From positions 40,524-104,523 of the forward strand of contig JBAXJG010000002.1 of assembly GCA_037137975.1 (NCBI GenBank): DNA of 64,000 bases, written 5' to 3'. Below the pieces are notes generated by a model, which saw only the letters and a program-made list of their open reading frames with translations, was not told the origin of the DNA and did not search any database. The translations under genes and the position numbers were made by a program. Positions 27,256 through 35,865 of this stretch are shown here, piece after piece. Each line of letters begins with the position of its first letter. Position 1 is the first letter of the stretch. This DNA comes from Candidatus Uhrbacteria bacterium. GTDB lineage: Bacteria > Patescibacteriota > Patescibacteriia > 2-12-FULL-60-25.

Positions 27256-28245
27256 ATGCAGCAAAAAAAAGTCGCTCTTATAACGGGTATTCTTGGTCAG
27301 GATGGCCCATATCTTGCAAAGTTATTGCTAAGCAAGGGTTATAAGGTGTATGGAATGGTCCAGAGTTATTCCAATTCAAATTTTAGTAATACGGATTATC
27401 TAGGGGTGACGGATGATGTTGAGTTCGTGATGGGTGATCTTACCGACGAAGCATCAATTTCACTTCTCATTAAACGACTTCAGCCAAGCGAAGTTTACAA
27501 TCTTGCGGCGCAGTCGTTCGTCGGTGCATCGTGGGACTTGGCGAAGCTCACGACCGAGTCAAATGCACTTGGGGTTTTGTATTTTTTGAATGCGATTAAG
27601 TCATTTTCCCCACTAACACGTTTTTATCAGGCGTCAACAAGCGAAATGTTTGGTAACAGCGCTAAAGATGGATTGCAATCAGAAGACACGCCGTTTCGTC
27701 CGCGTAGTCCGTATGCTGTTTCGAAGCTGTATGGTCATTGGATAACAATAAATTATCGTGAGAGCTATGGTTTATATACGGCGTGTGGCATTTTATTCAA
27801 TCACGAATCGCCTATTCGTGGTCTTGAGTTTGTGACACGCAAGATTACTGATGGTGTCGCACGTATCAAGCTAGGCTTGGCGGATGAAATCCGATTAGGC
27901 AATCTTGATAGCAAACGCGATTGGGGTTTTGCTGGTGATTATGTCGAAGCAATGTGGATGATGCTCCAACAAGATACCCCAGATGATTATCTTATTTCGA
28001 CAGGGGAGACGCATTCTATTCGCGATTTTTTAACTGCCGCTTTTGCGCGCGCTGGTATTGCTGATTGGGAACAGTACGTGCAGACAGACCCGAGGTTTAT
28101 ACGTCCTGCTGATGTCGTTGCTTTACACGGGAAATCTTCAAAAGCGAAAGATAAATTAGGTTGGGAGCCTAAAATGAAGTTTATTGAATTGGTGAACATG
28201 ATGGTAGACGCTGACCTTGAGCGTCTTGCAAAGCAAGTGAAGTAA
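27256..28245 (+). CDS. gmd: GDP-mannose 4,6-dehydratase
   Basis: KVALITGILGQDGPYLAKLLLSKGYKVYG, QASTSEMFG, SPYAVSKLYGHW and ILFNHESPIRG are all classic Gmd signatures. Confidence 0.9.
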   Translation: MQQKKVALITGILGQDGPYLAKLLLSKGYKVYGMVQSYSNSNFSNTDYLGVTDDVEFVMGDLTDEASISLLIKRLQPSEVYNLAAQSFVGASWDLAKLTTESNALGVLYFLNAIKSFSPLTRFYQASTSEMFGNSAKDGLQSEDTPFRPRSPYAVSKLYGHWITINYRESYGLYTACGILFNHESPIRGLEFVTRKITDGVARIKLGLADEIRLGNLDSKRDWGFAGDYVEAMWMMLQQDTPDDYLISTGETHSIRDFLTAAFARAGIADWEQYVQTDPRFIRPADVVALHGKSSKAKDKLGWEPKMKFIELVNMMVDADLERLAKQVK

Positions 28246-28258
28246 ATAAGAAAAATTT

Positions 28259-29197
28259 TTACACTTCGGTAAATGGAAGATGCTTGATTTGATCCCATTG
28301 CTGCTCTTGTGTGAGATTTGCGATGCGGCGTGCTTGTGGATAGAATCCTTGTTCAGAAGTCACGCTTTCGATTTTACCTTGCGCGATATCTGATCGGACG
28401 AAAAAAGCATTCACCCCTCCTGAGGATTCGCATCCGACAAACGTGTAGCCTTTTTCTTTCCCAAGTTTTACAGCTGCTGGGAGCGAGGTTCCGTAATATA
28501 ATCCTCCTGCATGATGTTCGAAACGACGGAAATCGGGATTGTAGGATACGGTGATTGGTTTGTTGTTCCCAAGAACACCGTTGTATTCAAGTACGACCAC
28601 GCGAGGCGAGATTGTGTTTATCGCTTTCCAAACCCAATAATCGTTGCTGTCGATATCAACTGAAAGCAAATCTATTTCTCCTGTGACTTTGTTATCGCGC
28701 AAGAGGTTATTGATGTTTTCTGCGGTAACCATAGCGCGGGCGATTTTCATTCGTTCCGCGGCTGGGCCAGGAAGCATGCTTCTGTAGAAATCAACAGCTG
28801 ATCGGTGTGTGGCTGGGTCTCCCTCGATCCCGAATCCGTTCCATCCAAAATTAAGAAGAAGATTCGTTGAGATATTTTCACGCCCATCGCTTACGCCGAA
28901 TTCAACAAAGAATCGATTTGTAGTGCCAAGTTTGGAGAAGAGATAGAGCAGAATGCCGTCTTCACCAAATTGGGAATAGATTTTGGCCTCATGATTGTTA
29001 ATCTCAGCTTTTACCGATTTTGGAGCAAGAAGCTCCGGATAAGTCTTTATGAGTTGCTGTTCGGCGATACCACGAATAGAGCGCTCGTCGTAGCCAAGAC
29101 GACGGAGTGTAAATTCCATGTCTGATGTGAATACGAGTTTCGCATTTCTATAAATACGACGAAGTTTCGCAGGTACCATTTTTCTAAAATCGATCAT
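28259..29197 (-). CDS. Hypothetical protein, possibly FkbM-like methyltransferase
   Basis: FVEFGVSDGRENIS and IDLLSVDIDSNDYWVWKAI...PRVVVLEYN resemble FkbM-type proteins. It is the only minus-strand gene within a long plus-strand run. Confidence 0.4.
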   Translation of the reverse strand: MIDFRKMVPAKLRRIYRNAKLVFTSDMEFTLRRLGYDERSIRGIAEQQLIKTYPELLAPKSVKAEINNHEAKIYSQFGEDGILLYLFSKLGTTNRFFVEFGVSDGRENISTNLLLNFGWNGFGIEGDPATHRSAVDFYRSMLPGPAAERMKIARAMVTAENINNLLRDNKVTGEIDLLSVDIDSNDYWVWKAINTISPRVVVLEYNGVLGNNKPITVSYNPDFRRFEHHAGGLYYGTSLPAAVKLGKEKGYTFVGCESSGGVNAFFVRSDIAQGKIESVTSEQGFYPQARRIANLTQEQQWDQIKHLPFTEV

Positions 29198-29260
29198 ATG
29201 GCAAGAAGCATGCCTTGGCTACCAGATTCTTTCAAGGCATGATAACGTCTGCTGATCTCT

Positions 29261-30055
29261 ATGCTGATACGGGCGCTCAAGGCATTTAATCGTTTGCCAG
29301 TTAATTTAACTGTTAAACACATCCAGACGTTTGGAAATCAAACGAATATACTTAAAGATCAAAAACTTGATTCCCCAGAGGCATGGGATGAGCTTCGTCG
29401 TGCACATCCGCAGTTTTCGATTGCTCAAGATCGTGAAGAATGGTTGCGCGCATGTAATATCGAGGTGAAAAAAGATGGCCAAGATGGTGGATTGATCGTG
29501 CGCGCGAAAGCAATTGCTCAATTTTTGACAGAAAAAGGTATAACGAGAGTATTTTCGGTTGGAGTAGGGGGAGCTGGATTGGAATATCAGTTAAAAAGAC
29601 TTTTGCCAGAACTCAAAGTGATTGCGACCGAGTATGCGCCAGAGAATGTAGAGATGTTACGACGAGTATTTACAGAATGTGATGATATTCACACATTTGA
29701 TATATTGCGTGGTAATTGGAATGAAGTTTCCGATACAGCAATGCCAACGATGCTCATAATGTATCGCGTCGATCCGCATTTCACTGATCAAGAATGGCGT
29801 ACGATATTTGCCAATATGCATACTGCAGGCGTGGAGGATATTCTCTATATTCCTTGCGGCTTTTTGACGATGCGCTCTCTCGTTCAGCGGAAGTTGCGCA
29901 TTTTGCGTTTACGGTTTAGGGGGCAGCAATTTGTATTTTCTGGTTATTTACGTACAGCGAAAGTATTTGCCTCGTTTTGGACACGGCTGTATTCGGCACA
30001 GACTAGGGATTTTGGAGGGTTAACAGGGTATGCTTTGCATCGAGAGGATAAATAG
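29261..30055 (+). CDS. Hypothetical protein, weak SAM-methyltransferase-like glycine motif
   Basis: VFSVGVGGAGLEYQL...VIATEYAPENV resembles motif I/II. No other recognisable domain. Confidence 0.35.
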   Translation: MLIRALKAFNRLPVNLTVKHIQTFGNQTNILKDQKLDSPEAWDELRRAHPQFSIAQDREEWLRACNIEVKKDGQDGGLIVRAKAIAQFLTEKGITRVFSVGVGGAGLEYQLKRLLPELKVIATEYAPENVEMLRRVFTECDDIHTFDILRGNWNEVSDTAMPTMLIMYRVDPHFTDQEWRTIFANMHTAGVEDILYIPCGFLTMRSLVQRKLRILRLRFRGQQFVFSGYLRTAKVFASFWTRLYSAQTRDFGGLTGYALHREDK

Positions 30056-30071
30056 GTAGGATGGATTTTGT

Positions 30072-30458
30072 ATGAATATCATCAAAACGAAGGTAAATTT
30101 TCATGATCATCGCGGTGATATCCGTGACATCGTTTCTGATGTACAGGTCAGTTCAATCGCGCTTATGACTTGTGAGACTGGTTCAGTTCGTGGAAACCAC
30201 TATCATATCGCTACTACGCATTATGATTATATTTTGAAGGGTTCATTTGAGTTGTATACGCGTACAGAACCAGATGGGATAGTTGAAAGGACGATTGTTG
30301 CGGCGGGAGATGTGGTGATGAGTCCGCCAGGGGAATCGCGCGCCTTTAAGGCACTTGAATATGGCGAATACTTATCTTGTACGCATGGTCCTTCACGGAG
30401 CAACCCAGAAGATTTTAAAAAAGACACAATTCAATTAAGTGAACCGCTTGTAACCTAA
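30072..30458 (+). CDS. Cupin-fold sugar-nucleotide isomerase/epimerase (WxcM/FdtA-like)
   Basis: 128 aa with HDHRGDIRDI and SVRGNHYH motifs, in a gene context of amino-deoxysugar synthesis. Confidence 0.55.
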   Translation: MNIIKTKVNFHDHRGDIRDIVSDVQVSSIALMTCETGSVRGNHYHIATTHYDYILKGSFELYTRTEPDGIVERTIVAAGDVVMSPPGESRAFKALEYGEYLSCTHGPSRSNPEDFKKDTIQLSEPLVT

Positions 30459-30469
30459 TAGCATTTATT

Positions 30470-31606
30470 ATGATGATGCGCGTTCCTGTTTCACGACCAT
30501 TGGTGGGTCAAGAAGAGGCCGAGCTCGCTCGAGAGGCGGTTGCTCGAGGAGATATTTCAGGAATATTTGGGGCGTATCTACAAGAGTTTGAACAATCGTA
30601 TGCTGCATATTGTGGAACAAAGTATGCAATCACAGTGAGTAACGGTACAACAGCTCTACATCTTGCACTTGCAACGCTAGGCATTGGAGCAGGAGATGAA
30701 GTACTTGTGTCTTCATTTACGAACATGGCTACTTTTTTTGCCGTGTTGTATCAAGGTGCGGTTCCGATCCCGATTGATATCGAAGAAGACACTTGGAATA
30801 TCGATCCGAGTTTATTAGAGTCAAAGATCACGTCGCGTACAAAAGCGATTTTGGTTGTGCATATTTATGGGCATCCAGTGGACATGGACCCAGTGCTTGA
30901 GATAGCGAAAAATCATAACTTGTTCGTAGTAGAAGATGTCGCAGAAGCACATGGGGCTGAATACAAAGGGCGTCGTACGGGTTCGCTTGGGGATATTGGA
31001 TGTCATAGTTTTTACGCGAACAAAATTATTACGACAGGCGAGGGTGGAATGTTGACGCTCAATAATGACGAATTGTGTGAGCGAGCAAAATCACTCAAGT
31101 CTTTAGCGTTTGGAAAGCAGAATAAATTTTTGCATGATGATATTGGATACAATTATCGATTGACGAATGTGCAGTGTGCGATTGGGGTAGCTCAATTGCG
31201 CAAAATCGATGAGATTCTGCGCCGTAAACAGGAGATGGCTTCATATTATTTAGAAGCGTTTTCTGGTATGGAAGATGTTGTTCTTCCGGTGCAAAGAGAG
31301 TATGCGAAGAATGTATATTGGATGTTTTTACTTGTTTTGACTGGTTCGTTATCGGGGAAGCGCAGTCAGATAATGGCAGCTCTCAAAGAACGTGGTATTG
31401 AATCGCGTGAGAGTTTTATTCCGTATGATCAGCAGGAAGTCATTTTTCAAAAACATGGGATGGTAAAACCACAGGCCTGCCCAGTAGCGGATCGTATCGG
31501 GGCTAATGGTTTTTATATTCCAAGTGGAACTGATATTAGTAATGAAGAATTAGCTTATACCGCTCAGCACGTGAAAGAAGTGATAGGACTTTGTCGAGCT
31601 TCGTGA
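30470..31606 (+). CDS. DegT/DnrJ/EryC1/StrS family PLP-dependent sugar aminotransferase
   Basis: VSNGTTALHLAL, DVAEAHGA and SFYANKIITTGEGGM (PLP lysine context). Confidence 0.9.
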   Translation: MMMRVPVSRPLVGQEEAELAREAVARGDISGIFGAYLQEFEQSYAAYCGTKYAITVSNGTTALHLALATLGIGAGDEVLVSSFTNMATFFAVLYQGAVPIPIDIEEDTWNIDPSLLESKITSRTKAILVVHIYGHPVDMDPVLEIAKNHNLFVVEDVAEAHGAEYKGRRTGSLGDIGCHSFYANKIITTGEGGMLTLNNDELCERAKSLKSLAFGKQNKFLHDDIGYNYRLTNVQCAIGVAQLRKIDEILRRKQEMASYYLEAFSGMEDVVLPVQREYAKNVYWMFLLVLTGSLSGKRSQIMAALKERGIESRESFIPYDQQEVIFQKHGMVKPQACPVADRIGANGFYIPSGTDISNEELAYTAQHVKEVIGLCRAS

Positions 31607-31611
31607 TTGGT

Positions 31612-32889
31612 ATGAAGATTTTGATAACGGGTACAACTGGAGAGAGCATGCCGCCACCATACGGTGGTGTCCCAAAAGTCTCGTTGTTGTATGCGCGAGA
31701 ATGGAAGCGAATGGGGCACGAAGTAGCGATTACGTTTGTTTACCGTCCTGAAACACCTGATGATTTGGGGGCGAATGCGAAATATTATTTTGAATTCTCT
31801 CAAAAGCCAAATGCTTTGATCAAGCTGATATTTTTGTTACGGTATGCATTTGCAAGGCCCTTGTTGTTCGCAAAACTTGTGAGCGGATATTTAAAAATTT
31901 ACCCTCGTTTGAAGTTTGAGGTATTTCTATACGCCGCTTACGGAATATATTTAGACGGCGTACTGAAGGATTTTGTGCCAGACTTAGTGCTGGGAGAAGC
32001 GACACTTATCAAATCATATATGGCGGCGCAGGTCGCTAAACTTCGTGGTATCCCTGTTGTATTCGATACATATGCAGAAATCCATGACCAGGGGATGGGT
32101 GTAAATAAATGGTTGAATCGTCAACAGCAAAAAAAATATTGGGAGTCATTTTTATCCCTTGGTGAATTAACAATTACGATTAGTAATTGTTGCGTTGGCG
32201 CCCAAGCATATCTTCCGCTTGAGAAAGTTAAGGTGTTTTATGATACGTGCGATTTTAGTTGTTTTCAAGTTGATGTTGTTGAGCGCAGAGAACAGATGCG
32301 TGCGCAGATGAGCTTGCCAAAGGATATTTTTCTCGTGGGTACGGTAGGGGCATTTGAGCATCGCAAAGGCCATGATCACTTGATAAAGGCTGTTGCTTTG
32401 CTTGTGAAGAAAGGATGTAATGTCGGCGCGGTAATATGTGGTGGTTCGGGTGATGAGACGAAATGGCGAGAATTGGCAATTCAAGAGGGGGTTGTTGATC
32501 GGATATTCTTCTTAAAAAGAATATCGGAGTTAGAACTGGTTACATTACATAAATCTATCGATCTTTACGTGAATTTGTCATATACACCGCGTAGTTGTGG
32601 ATTAGATCTTGCATTGCTTGAGGGGATGGCTGCAGCCCATCCGATTATCGTGTATAACTACGCTGGGCTTCCAGAAGCTATTCCAAATGGTGAAAATGGT
32701 ATTTTGGTGCCGGTAAACGATATTCCTGCGGTCGCTGATGCCATTCAGACGATTTCGCAACTTTCTGTAGAGCAGCGCGAGTACATGGGAAGGATGAGCC
32801 GTGAGATTGCGTTAAAGTCAGATATTCGGAATACTGCGGTTATTAAGCTTGGTTGGTTTAATGATATTCTTACGCAAAAGCATGTCTAA
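31612..32889 (+). CDS. Glycosyltransferase family 4
   Basis: MKILITGTTGESMPPPYGGV N-terminus and C-terminal GLDLALLEGMAAAHPIIV. Confidence 0.8.
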   Translation: MKILITGTTGESMPPPYGGVPKVSLLYAREWKRMGHEVAITFVYRPETPDDLGANAKYYFEFSQKPNALIKLIFLLRYAFARPLLFAKLVSGYLKIYPRLKFEVFLYAAYGIYLDGVLKDFVPDLVLGEATLIKSYMAAQVAKLRGIPVVFDTYAEIHDQGMGVNKWLNRQQQKKYWESFLSLGELTITISNCCVGAQAYLPLEKVKVFYDTCDFSCFQVDVVERREQMRAQMSLPKDIFLVGTVGAFEHRKGHDHLIKAVALLVKKGCNVGAVICGGSGDETKWRELAIQEGVVDRIFFLKRISELELVTLHKSIDLYVNLSYTPRSCGLDLALLEGMAAAHPIIVYNYAGLPEAIPNGENGILVPVNDIPAVADAIQTISQLSVEQREYMGRMSREIALKSDIRNTAVIKLGWFNDILTQKHV

Positions 32890-32893
32890 CTAT

Positions 32894-33907
32894 ATGATGT
32901 TCCAAAAACGCGCTTTGATTACGGGTATTACTGGTCAGGATGGTGCCTATCTTGCAAAATTTCTTGTTGAGAAGGGCTATAAGGTATTTGGAGCGTATCG
33001 TCGGTCTTCGACGCGTAATTTTTGGCGTCTTCATTATTTAGACGTCAAAAAAGATATTGAGCTATTACCAGTTGATCTTATTGATCAAACATCCATTCAT
33101 CAGGCTATTAAGGACGCTCAACCTGACGAGGTATATAATTTAGCTGCACAAAGTTTTGTGGGGGATTCATTTAGTGAGCCGATTGCAACTGCTGAGATTA
33201 GCGGTATTGGTGTTGTGCGTTGTCTAGATGCCATTCGACAAATAAATCCAAAGATTAAGTTCTATCAGGCTTCAACAAGTGAAATGTTTGGAAATTCAAG
33301 TAATACAAAACAAAACGAAGATACGCCTTTTCAGCCTGCGAGCCCATATGCAGCGGCAAAGCTTTATGGACATTCGATCGTTCGTCATTATCGTACAGCT
33401 CACTCGATTCATGCGAGTTCCGGAATATTGTTTAATCATGAATCTCCTATTCGAGGTGTTGATTTCGTTACGAAGAAAATCACAGATTCGGTGGCGCGAA
33501 TTAAGCTTGGGACATCGGAATATGTTGCGCTTGGGAATTTGGAAGCGAAGCGTGATTGGGGATTTGCTGGTGACTATGTAAAAGCGATGTGGTTGATGTT
33601 GCAGCAAAAAGAGGCGGATGATTATGTGATTGCAACAGGAGAATGTCATACCGTACGAGAATTTTGCGAGGTAGCATTTTCGCATGTGGGTTTAGATTAT
33701 AAAAAATACGTGAGGCAGGATAAGGCTTTTTATCGTGCGCATGAAGTGAATTATCTTCAGGGGGATTCAAGCAAAGCGCAACGTGTGCTTGGCTGGAAGC
33801 AGAATGAGACTGGATTTGAAACGTTAGTGAAGATGATGGTAGATGCTGATATGGAAAAGTATCAGAACCCAGAGCGATTCATGAAGCATTTTCTAAAGCA
33901 CGTTTAG
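32894..33907 (+). CDS. gmd: GDP-mannose 4,6-dehydratase paralog
   Basis: KRALITGITGQDGAYLAKFLVEKGYKVFG, QASTSEMFG, SPYAAAKLYGH and ILFNHESPIRG. An alternative ATG lies at 32882. Confidence 0.85.
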   Translation: MMFQKRALITGITGQDGAYLAKFLVEKGYKVFGAYRRSSTRNFWRLHYLDVKKDIELLPVDLIDQTSIHQAIKDAQPDEVYNLAAQSFVGDSFSEPIATAEISGIGVVRCLDAIRQINPKIKFYQASTSEMFGNSSNTKQNEDTPFQPASPYAAAKLYGHSIVRHYRTAHSIHASSGILFNHESPIRGVDFVTKKITDSVARIKLGTSEYVALGNLEAKRDWGFAGDYVKAMWLMLQQKEADDYVIATGECHTVREFCEVAFSHVGLDYKKYVRQDKAFYRAHEVNYLQGDSSKAQRVLGWKQNETGFETLVKMMVDADMEKYQNPERFMKHFLKHV

Positions 33908-33917
33908 AATACTGGCG

Positions 33918-35081
33918 GTGAATATTATGCAAATTCAATATATTGCCAATATTCGCTTTCCAACGGGATGGGCTCATGGATACCAGATTGCAAAAACTTG
34001 CCAAGCTCTGGTTGGCTCTGGGGCGAGTGTTGAATTGGTTGTTTCAGACATGGGCGATCCAACTATTCGGAAAAGTGCTTTTGAGCATTACGGAATTATA
34101 GACCGTCAATTTTCGGTGGTTCGTCTCAAGGTTATAGATTTTGGAGTGCGAGTTCCAAGAATGTTTCAGCGTGTGACTTTTTTTCTTGAGAGATGGACGT
34201 TCATGCGTTCATTGGGTCGATACTTCTCAAGGTCCGCTCCTTCTCGTGTTATGTATGTTCGAGATGCGTATCTCGCAAAACAATTGTTGCAAATACCTTC
34301 TTCGAGGGTGTATTACGAAATTCATTCGATGCCATCAAGGGAGGACGTAATGAGTTTGAATGGCATTGCTGGTTTTGTGTGTCTTACACGCGCACTAGAG
34401 GCTCGTGTAAAGGAGGTATTACCAGATGCGAAAACGATTGTTATTCCTGATGCGGTTGATTTGGTAGAATTTAATTTACCGCTTACTCGGTCCCAAGCTC
34501 GTGAGCAGTTGGGAATCCCTCAAGATTCATTTGTTGTAGCGTACGGTGGGAACTTTTCCACCTATGGTAATCGAAAGGGGATTGGAGATCTTGATCGTGC
34601 TGTTGAGTCGCTTCGTATACATCACCCGGAAATACACCTATGTATCGTTGGGGGAACGGTAAAAGAGTTTGAAGCGATTGAAGGTCGCAAACCCTCAGAG
34701 CGATCATTTTGTATCCCATATGGTCCCCGGGAGCAGTTGGCGTTATACTATCGCGCTGCCAATGTGCTAGCGATGCCATTTCCAAATACTCCACATTACG
34801 CATTCGCTATGTCTCCGCTAAAGATGTTTGAATATATGGCTAGTGGCACAACGATTATTGCTTCTGATTTGCCGTCGGTACGGGATGTACTGGATGACAC
34901 AAATGCGTTGTTTTTTCATCCTGATGATGAGGCATCGCTTACGGAAACACTTGAAAAGGCACTCAATCTTGAGTCAGAGCGCCTTGAGTCTTTTGGACGT
35001 CGGGCTCAAGAGAAGTCGAGGCTTTATTATACGTGGGATGCACGAGCGAATCGTATTTTGGCGTTTATCAATCAATCGTAA
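33918..35081 (+). CDS. Glycosyltransferase family 4
   Basis: C-terminal PLKMFEYMASGTTIIASDLP and the GT-B layout. Start is GTG 33918 or ATG 33927. Confidence 0.75.
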   Translation: MNIMQIQYIANIRFPTGWAHGYQIAKTCQALVGSGASVELVVSDMGDPTIRKSAFEHYGIIDRQFSVVRLKVIDFGVRVPRMFQRVTFFLERWTFMRSLGRYFSRSAPSRVMYVRDAYLAKQLLQIPSSRVYYEIHSMPSREDVMSLNGIAGFVCLTRALEARVKEVLPDAKTIVIPDAVDLVEFNLPLTRSQAREQLGIPQDSFVVAYGGNFSTYGNRKGIGDLDRAVESLRIHHPEIHLCIVGGTVKEFEAIEGRKPSERSFCIPYGPREQLALYYRAANVLAMPFPNTPHYAFAMSPLKMFEYMASGTTIIASDLPSVRDVLDDTNALFFHPDDEASLTETLEKALNLESERLESFGRRAQEKSRLYYTWDARANRILAFINQS

Positions 35082-35133
35082 AGTATCTGTTTTTAAGCTG
35101 GATTTATTGAGAGTCTTAGTTTACACTTCGCAC

Positions 35134-35865
35134 ATGAGACGTAATAACTTCATTGTTATACCGACATATAATGAGCGCAAAACCATTATTGCGCTCGTTC
35201 CTCGTATTGTGGAAGCTTTGCCAGAGGTGCGGATTTTGGTCGCTGATGACAATTCGCCCGACGGAACTCAAGAAGCTGTTAAGGAGCTTATGTTGACATA
35301 CCCTCAACTTGAGCTGTATCCGCACAATATGAAGGCGGGTTATGCAAAAGCATGTATTGATGCAATATTGCTTTTACTCGCGCGTGAACCAGACCTTTAC
35401 TCCGTTACGATGATGGATGCTGATCTGTCTCATGACCCTTCATATCTTCCAGAAATCATGAATCGGTTAGAGACGCACAATATTGTTATTGGTTCTAGAT
35501 ATGTGCGAGGTGGTGGTGTGTCTGGATGGGAATGGTGGCGTCGAATGTTAAGTGCGGGTGGCAATATTTATTATCGCACGGTAAGCGGATTGCCAGTTCA
35601 TGACATTACGGCGGGTTTTAATGCGATACAGGCTGATCTTTTACGAAAGCTTGGTCTTGGTAATGCGGAGGCTACGGGTTACGCTTTTACTTTTCTGTTG
35701 AAGTATCGAGCCTACATGACCAATGAAGCGAAGTTTTTTGAGGTCCCGATTATTTTTAAGAACCGGGAAGAGGGTGAGTCTAAAATGCATTTACGTATCA
35801 TTCTTGAAGCATTACGCATGCCATGGAAATATCCGAGAATCAAGCGCACACGTCGTGCCCCTTAG
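35134..35865 (+). CDS. Polyprenol-phosphate mannosyl/glycosyl transferase (GT2, Dpm1/Ppm1-like)
   Basis: FIVIPTYNERKTI, VADDNSPDGT, MDADLSHDP and the GSRYVRGGG signature. The long ORF from 34828 is an upstream extension overlapping the previous gene. Confidence 0.85.
   Translation: MRRNNFIVIPTYNERKTIIALVPRIVEALPEVRILVADDNSPDGTQEAVKELMLTYPQLELYPHNMKAGYAKACIDAILLLLAREPDLYSVTMMDADLSHDPSYLPEIMNRLETHNIVIGSRYVRGGGVSGWEWWRRMLSAGGNIYYRTVSGLPVHDITAGFNAIQADLLRKLGLGNAEATGYAFTFLLKYRAYMTNEAKFFEVPIIFKNREEGESKMHLRIILEALRMPWKYPRIKRTRRAP

Noticed and set aside
29198-29260. 7-bp inverted repeat TGCCTTG...CAAGGCA in the divergent intergenic region
   Set aside because: It is short, has a 15-nt spacer, and stands alone. 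It cannot be distinguished from chance without comparative data.
34828-35133. N-terminal 102-aa extension of the Dpm1-like ORF overlapping the preceding GT4 gene
   Set aside because: The extension overlaps 254 nt of a well-supported gene and has no homology-like features. The family-typical start MRRNNFIVIPTYNE begins at 35134.
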